A stretch of 64,000 bases of DNA, taken from positions 2,542,001-2,606,000 of the forward strand of contig ML978123.1 in NCBI GenBank assembly GCA_010015805.1, read 5' to 3'. Position 1 is the stretch's first letter. Each line of letters opens with the position of its first letter. Below the pieces are notes generated by a model. That model saw nothing but the letters and a program-made list of their open reading frames with translations. It did no database searches and was not told where the DNA came from. The translations under genes were made by a program, and so were the position numbers. The DNA comes from Rhizodiscina lignyota (lineage: Eukaryota). Of the stretch, positions 60,526-64,000 are shown one piece after another.

Positions 60526-62596
60526 CTACCACATCATAGAACCATCCCAGTCATTAAACAGCCAGTTGCCAATTCCGCCATACTGGTCGAATCCATCTTG
60601 ATTGCCCAGAAAGGCGCTTGCCAGTTGGATATTGTCTCGCGCATCAAGTGCAGAGCTGTCGTTCAACTCCCGCGTCGAGCCGTTGAACATGGATCCTGGA
60701 GTGCGCAAATCCTGAAGAATGCCGGCCGTCATGAGATCGCGAGTGGCAGGTTGTGTAGCATCTGTGCCATCGTACAGCACGTCCCATTGGCGACACAGAT
60801 CAGGACCGAAGCCTTCGAAGAACTGGCGCTGCTCCTCTGAGAGGTTGTTTTCAGGGAACGAGTTGAGACGTTGGCGTTTGCTTGCGGCTTCGCGCACATC
60901 AGATCTGCTAACAAATCAGTTCATATCCAGTTCAAGGACTTGAAATAGAGACTTACAGATTCTTGAGTGATCCAATAGCGGACGGCCATCTCTTAGCAAG
61001 CTCTTCCTGCGACTGAAAGATGATACGGAGATCTTGTTCAGCAAGATGCCAGAGTCCTGCGTACTTATAGCACGAGAGTTGAGCCACACCAGCAACGAGC
61101 AAGTAGAATGTAAAGATCGGTCCAAGGTATCGAATCTCGTCTCTCGCCAAAAATTCTTCAAAGATTCCAGCAACGAATGATGAGGCGAGCAACGACGCGG
61201 TGGAAGGTGTAGAGCCTGTGCCCTGGGATTTGTGCAGTATAACCAGATTGGTGAAATACTGAACATGCAGCTGGCGAGCTTCAAAGCAGTAGGACCTAAG
61301 TGCCCGCTCCGGCGCAGGATATACCAGCTGGAGCCTCTCTGGCAGCGTCTTGACCCACCTGAACAAGCGATTCTCGATTGATTGGCGGTGCTGCGACAGA
61401 TTATGTCGTTTCATCAGGAAGCAGGCCGTTAGGTCACCCATGATCAACGATATATGAACAAAGGCAATGAATAATTGCGCCGCTGCAGCGTCGCCTTCGA
61501 AATCATCCACGGTTGGAAAACTAACATCTGACAAGTCAAGATTGACAGCTCTGGGACGTCCATGTCCTGCGTTGATGAGGCTGTCCCGAACGACGAGAGA
61601 CCACCATATCCGTCTTCGTAGTGCCGCGTCTCTCTTGTGAAGTGGCTCACGGTGAAGTCCGACCTGATATGCCAGTCCCACAGAGATACGGCACCAGAAA
61701 CCGCTAGTGTCGATAGAGACATGCTCTGGGCTTTGCGGATTCCACCAATTGAGGAGGCAGACTGCTACTGTGTTCAGAATCGGGTCTTTTTCAGTTCCCA
61801 TCCAGAACAGCGTCTTGGCTTTCTTGTAGAATTCTTCCGCCGTTCGTGAAGCTAGTGGTCCTGACGATACACGGCTCCCTGCGAGCAACATCGCCTGAAG
61901 CAATAGGATAGACACTTCATTTTGTGGCCGTCCTTCAATCCAGCTCCTGTCCACGATGGGCGTCCACGGGTAGCATCTCTGCCAGAATCCATCGAGGAGT
62001 GACTCTCTAATCGAGCGCGGTGGTAGCTCCCATACGTGCTGAATCTGTAAGACCTCCATATCACGGTCTGACATGGTCATGATCGAGCTCTGGGGCTGAT
62101 CCGGCTCATCGTCAATCGGCACTTCAGCGCCAATATATTCACTCCGTCCAAGGTAGCTCGCGCCAGTAGGAGAGAAGTTGTTCGTATTTCTCCGCGATAG
62201 CGATGGCTCGATTGGGATTGGGGCCGCCGTTTCTGTGTCAGTGAACACAACAGACACGCCCTCCACACTTGGTGGATCCTTGATGCCATTTGAGTTCCCC
62301 GCAGAGCCCATACTCCCATTCAGCGTCGCGATCCCAGGAAGACTTGTCATATGCCCTCCGCTATGACCATTCGCCGTAGCCATGCTAGCCCTCCGCGCGC
62401 CATCACGAGGCGGGCTTGGTGAGAAAGCGCTATATCGCTTCCTCTTGCGCTCGCGGGGTATGCAATCGTCGTAGCCATCCTTGATGCAGTTCGAGCACCG
62501 CTGCCCATTCACGGCGTCGAGATCGCATCGAATCTTCTTCTTGTGACAGATGACACACGCCTTAGAAGCACGCGGCCGGGATGCGTCGGCAGGCAT
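60526..62596 (-). CDS. Zn(II)2Cys6 transcription factor, CTF1-beta/FarB-like
   Basis: RASKACVICHKKKIRCDL...CSNCIKDGYDDC cluster and a Fungal_trans domain (LAYQVGLHRE, RRRIWWSL, GHGRPR). Intron about 60905-60955. Confidence 0.92.
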
Positions 62597-63240
62597 GGTA
62601 CTTTTTGGTTTCCACTCCTTGAGTAAACAATCACGGCTCCTTCTGGCGCTCTGTGCTGTCCTTCGGCTGCTTACCGCCTTGCTGGGCCCTTCTCTGGTGC
62701 TTGCCGGCACAGTACGGCAATGGGGGACTGTGCGAAAGATGGCGAAGGGGGCTGATCCGTACGATTGAGGCGACTCAACGCTCCTCCTGCCCCGATGTCT
62801 GACAAGAAGCGCAATCTTTGAGGATGTCAGCAGTCTCCTGGCGTGCGAAAAGCAGCTCTTTTCGGAGGGTTGAGGCTGTTTTTCGTGCTTGACAGCAGTT
62901 GGCCCAGGCTCGGTTTGCGGGGTTGGGCCGACCAGGGTTCCCCATCAGGAGCTAGATCACGAGCGGCTTAGTGGCTGAGATTGTTACCGGAGGGTATTCG
63001 TGTCCTTGGTGTGGCGCATGCGTGCATTTAATAACTGGAAAAGCCTCCATTTGAGCGTCGCTTCGTTCACCTTCTTTCATCAAGACGCATAGTGTAAGGT
63101 GTAGAGCTGGCATAGATAATCAATCCATATTGCGGTATATGCCCGCAATCCACTAAGAGCTTTTCTCCGCTCATGTTGAATGTTACCATTCCCATGATCC
63201 ACCCAGAGTGAAAGAAGGAGAAAACAGAAATATATACAGA

Positions 63241-64000
63241 TTAGAGTTTGGCCAAAACCTGCTGCGTGCCAGATCCACTTCCCATTACAATCTCCTCGTT
63301 CCGCCAGTCAGGGTTGAAGGTGATCTTGTTCAGGGGATTGTGCCGATGTACTCTGTCATACATGTCCTCATACACGCGCCCATCGTACCTGCCGAGAGAG
63401 CTCTCGAGGAGATAGTCGGGCATAGACCAGCTGTCTACCAACTTGATGGCATGTGGTCGGATCTTGTCAGTCATCAAGTGCAGGACCACATCTGGGATCC
63501 TATCCAGGGAAGCTGAAGTAACAGCGTTGGTGGCTGCAAAACTATGAGAGTCGGAATCGATGGTGTTGAGTGCGAAGAGTCGATATAGGTCGTGCATGAC
63601 AGTATTAGTTGGTGAAGAGAGTGGTGACTTCATCACTGCATCGTAAAAGTGTGAGATGAGGAAGGTTTGGGAGTATGCTGGACACATGTCAGTCACTGTT
63701 GAAGCCATTATTTCGATAGATGGGTTCCTCACCGTTGCTAAGCTTGTGGAGTTGGATCATCAGGTTATTCCACTTGCCCTTATTCACTATGCGAGCTTCG
63801 TATGCAAGATAGCTAAGGTGCGCTGCTCGCCACCGGAAAGCCTCAACGATTGCTTGGTCGTCCACCTGGCCAAATCGAACGATGTCGACGGGGACCTTGG
63901 AAGACCTCGACTTGAGATAGTGTTTGAAGAGGTCATCTGTCGAGTCCTTTGATGCCGCATTCGGATTCTTGACTACTGTTTCCATCTTCTTAATCAAGTA
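63241..64000 (-). CDS. Peroxisomal acyl-CoA oxidase, 3' part only (gene runs off the window)
   Basis: IRPHAIKLVDSW...LESSLGRYDGRVYEDM ACOX C-terminal signature and PTS1 -AKL. Intron about 63680-63731. Confidence 0.93.

Noticed and set aside
62597..62710. 38-codon in-frame GTG-initiated extension of the Zn2Cys6 TF
   Set aside because: A good ATG precedes the zinc cluster directly, and the extension has no recognisable features.
1..64000. tRNA, rRNA, snRNA, CRISPR arrays, intact transposons, TGA-CTA readthrough signals
   Set aside because: No diagnostic motifs seen by eye. tRNAscan-SE, cmscan and a repeat search would be needed to exclude them formally.

Overview
A gene-dense, intron-containing window from a filamentous ascomycete (Pezizomycotina; Dothideomycete-like is my inference from protein style). 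About 25 protein-coding loci are supported. Housekeeping genes: HIS7, IMP3, VID27, DPH7, UTP20, CUL3, ZIM17, RSM18, CIA84, COQ1, VMA12. Accessory genes between them: two single-pass cell-surface receptor-like proteins, a sugar porter, an enoyl-reductase-like MDR, an orphan DUF3328/UstYa oxidase, an amino-acid permease, a triply broken HET-domain pseudogene, a BBE-like FAD oxidase, a GH128 glucanase, an O-methyltransferase-fold protein and an F-box-like protein. The window ends in a co-oriented trio (acyl-CoA oxidase, CTF1/Far-like Zn2Cys6 regulator, enoyl-CoA hydratase/isomerase) that looks like a peroxisomal acyl-CoA catabolism cluster, the best candidate here for an undescribed system. Several accessory enzymes carry atypical catalytic or splice motifs: HTLDC in DUF3328, MEW for HDW in the OMT, and a GG-donor retained intron in the BBE oxidase. 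I recognised no tRNA, rRNA, snRNA, CRISPR or intact transposon. All calls come from motif recognition by eye; no database searches were run, and exon boundaries are manual.
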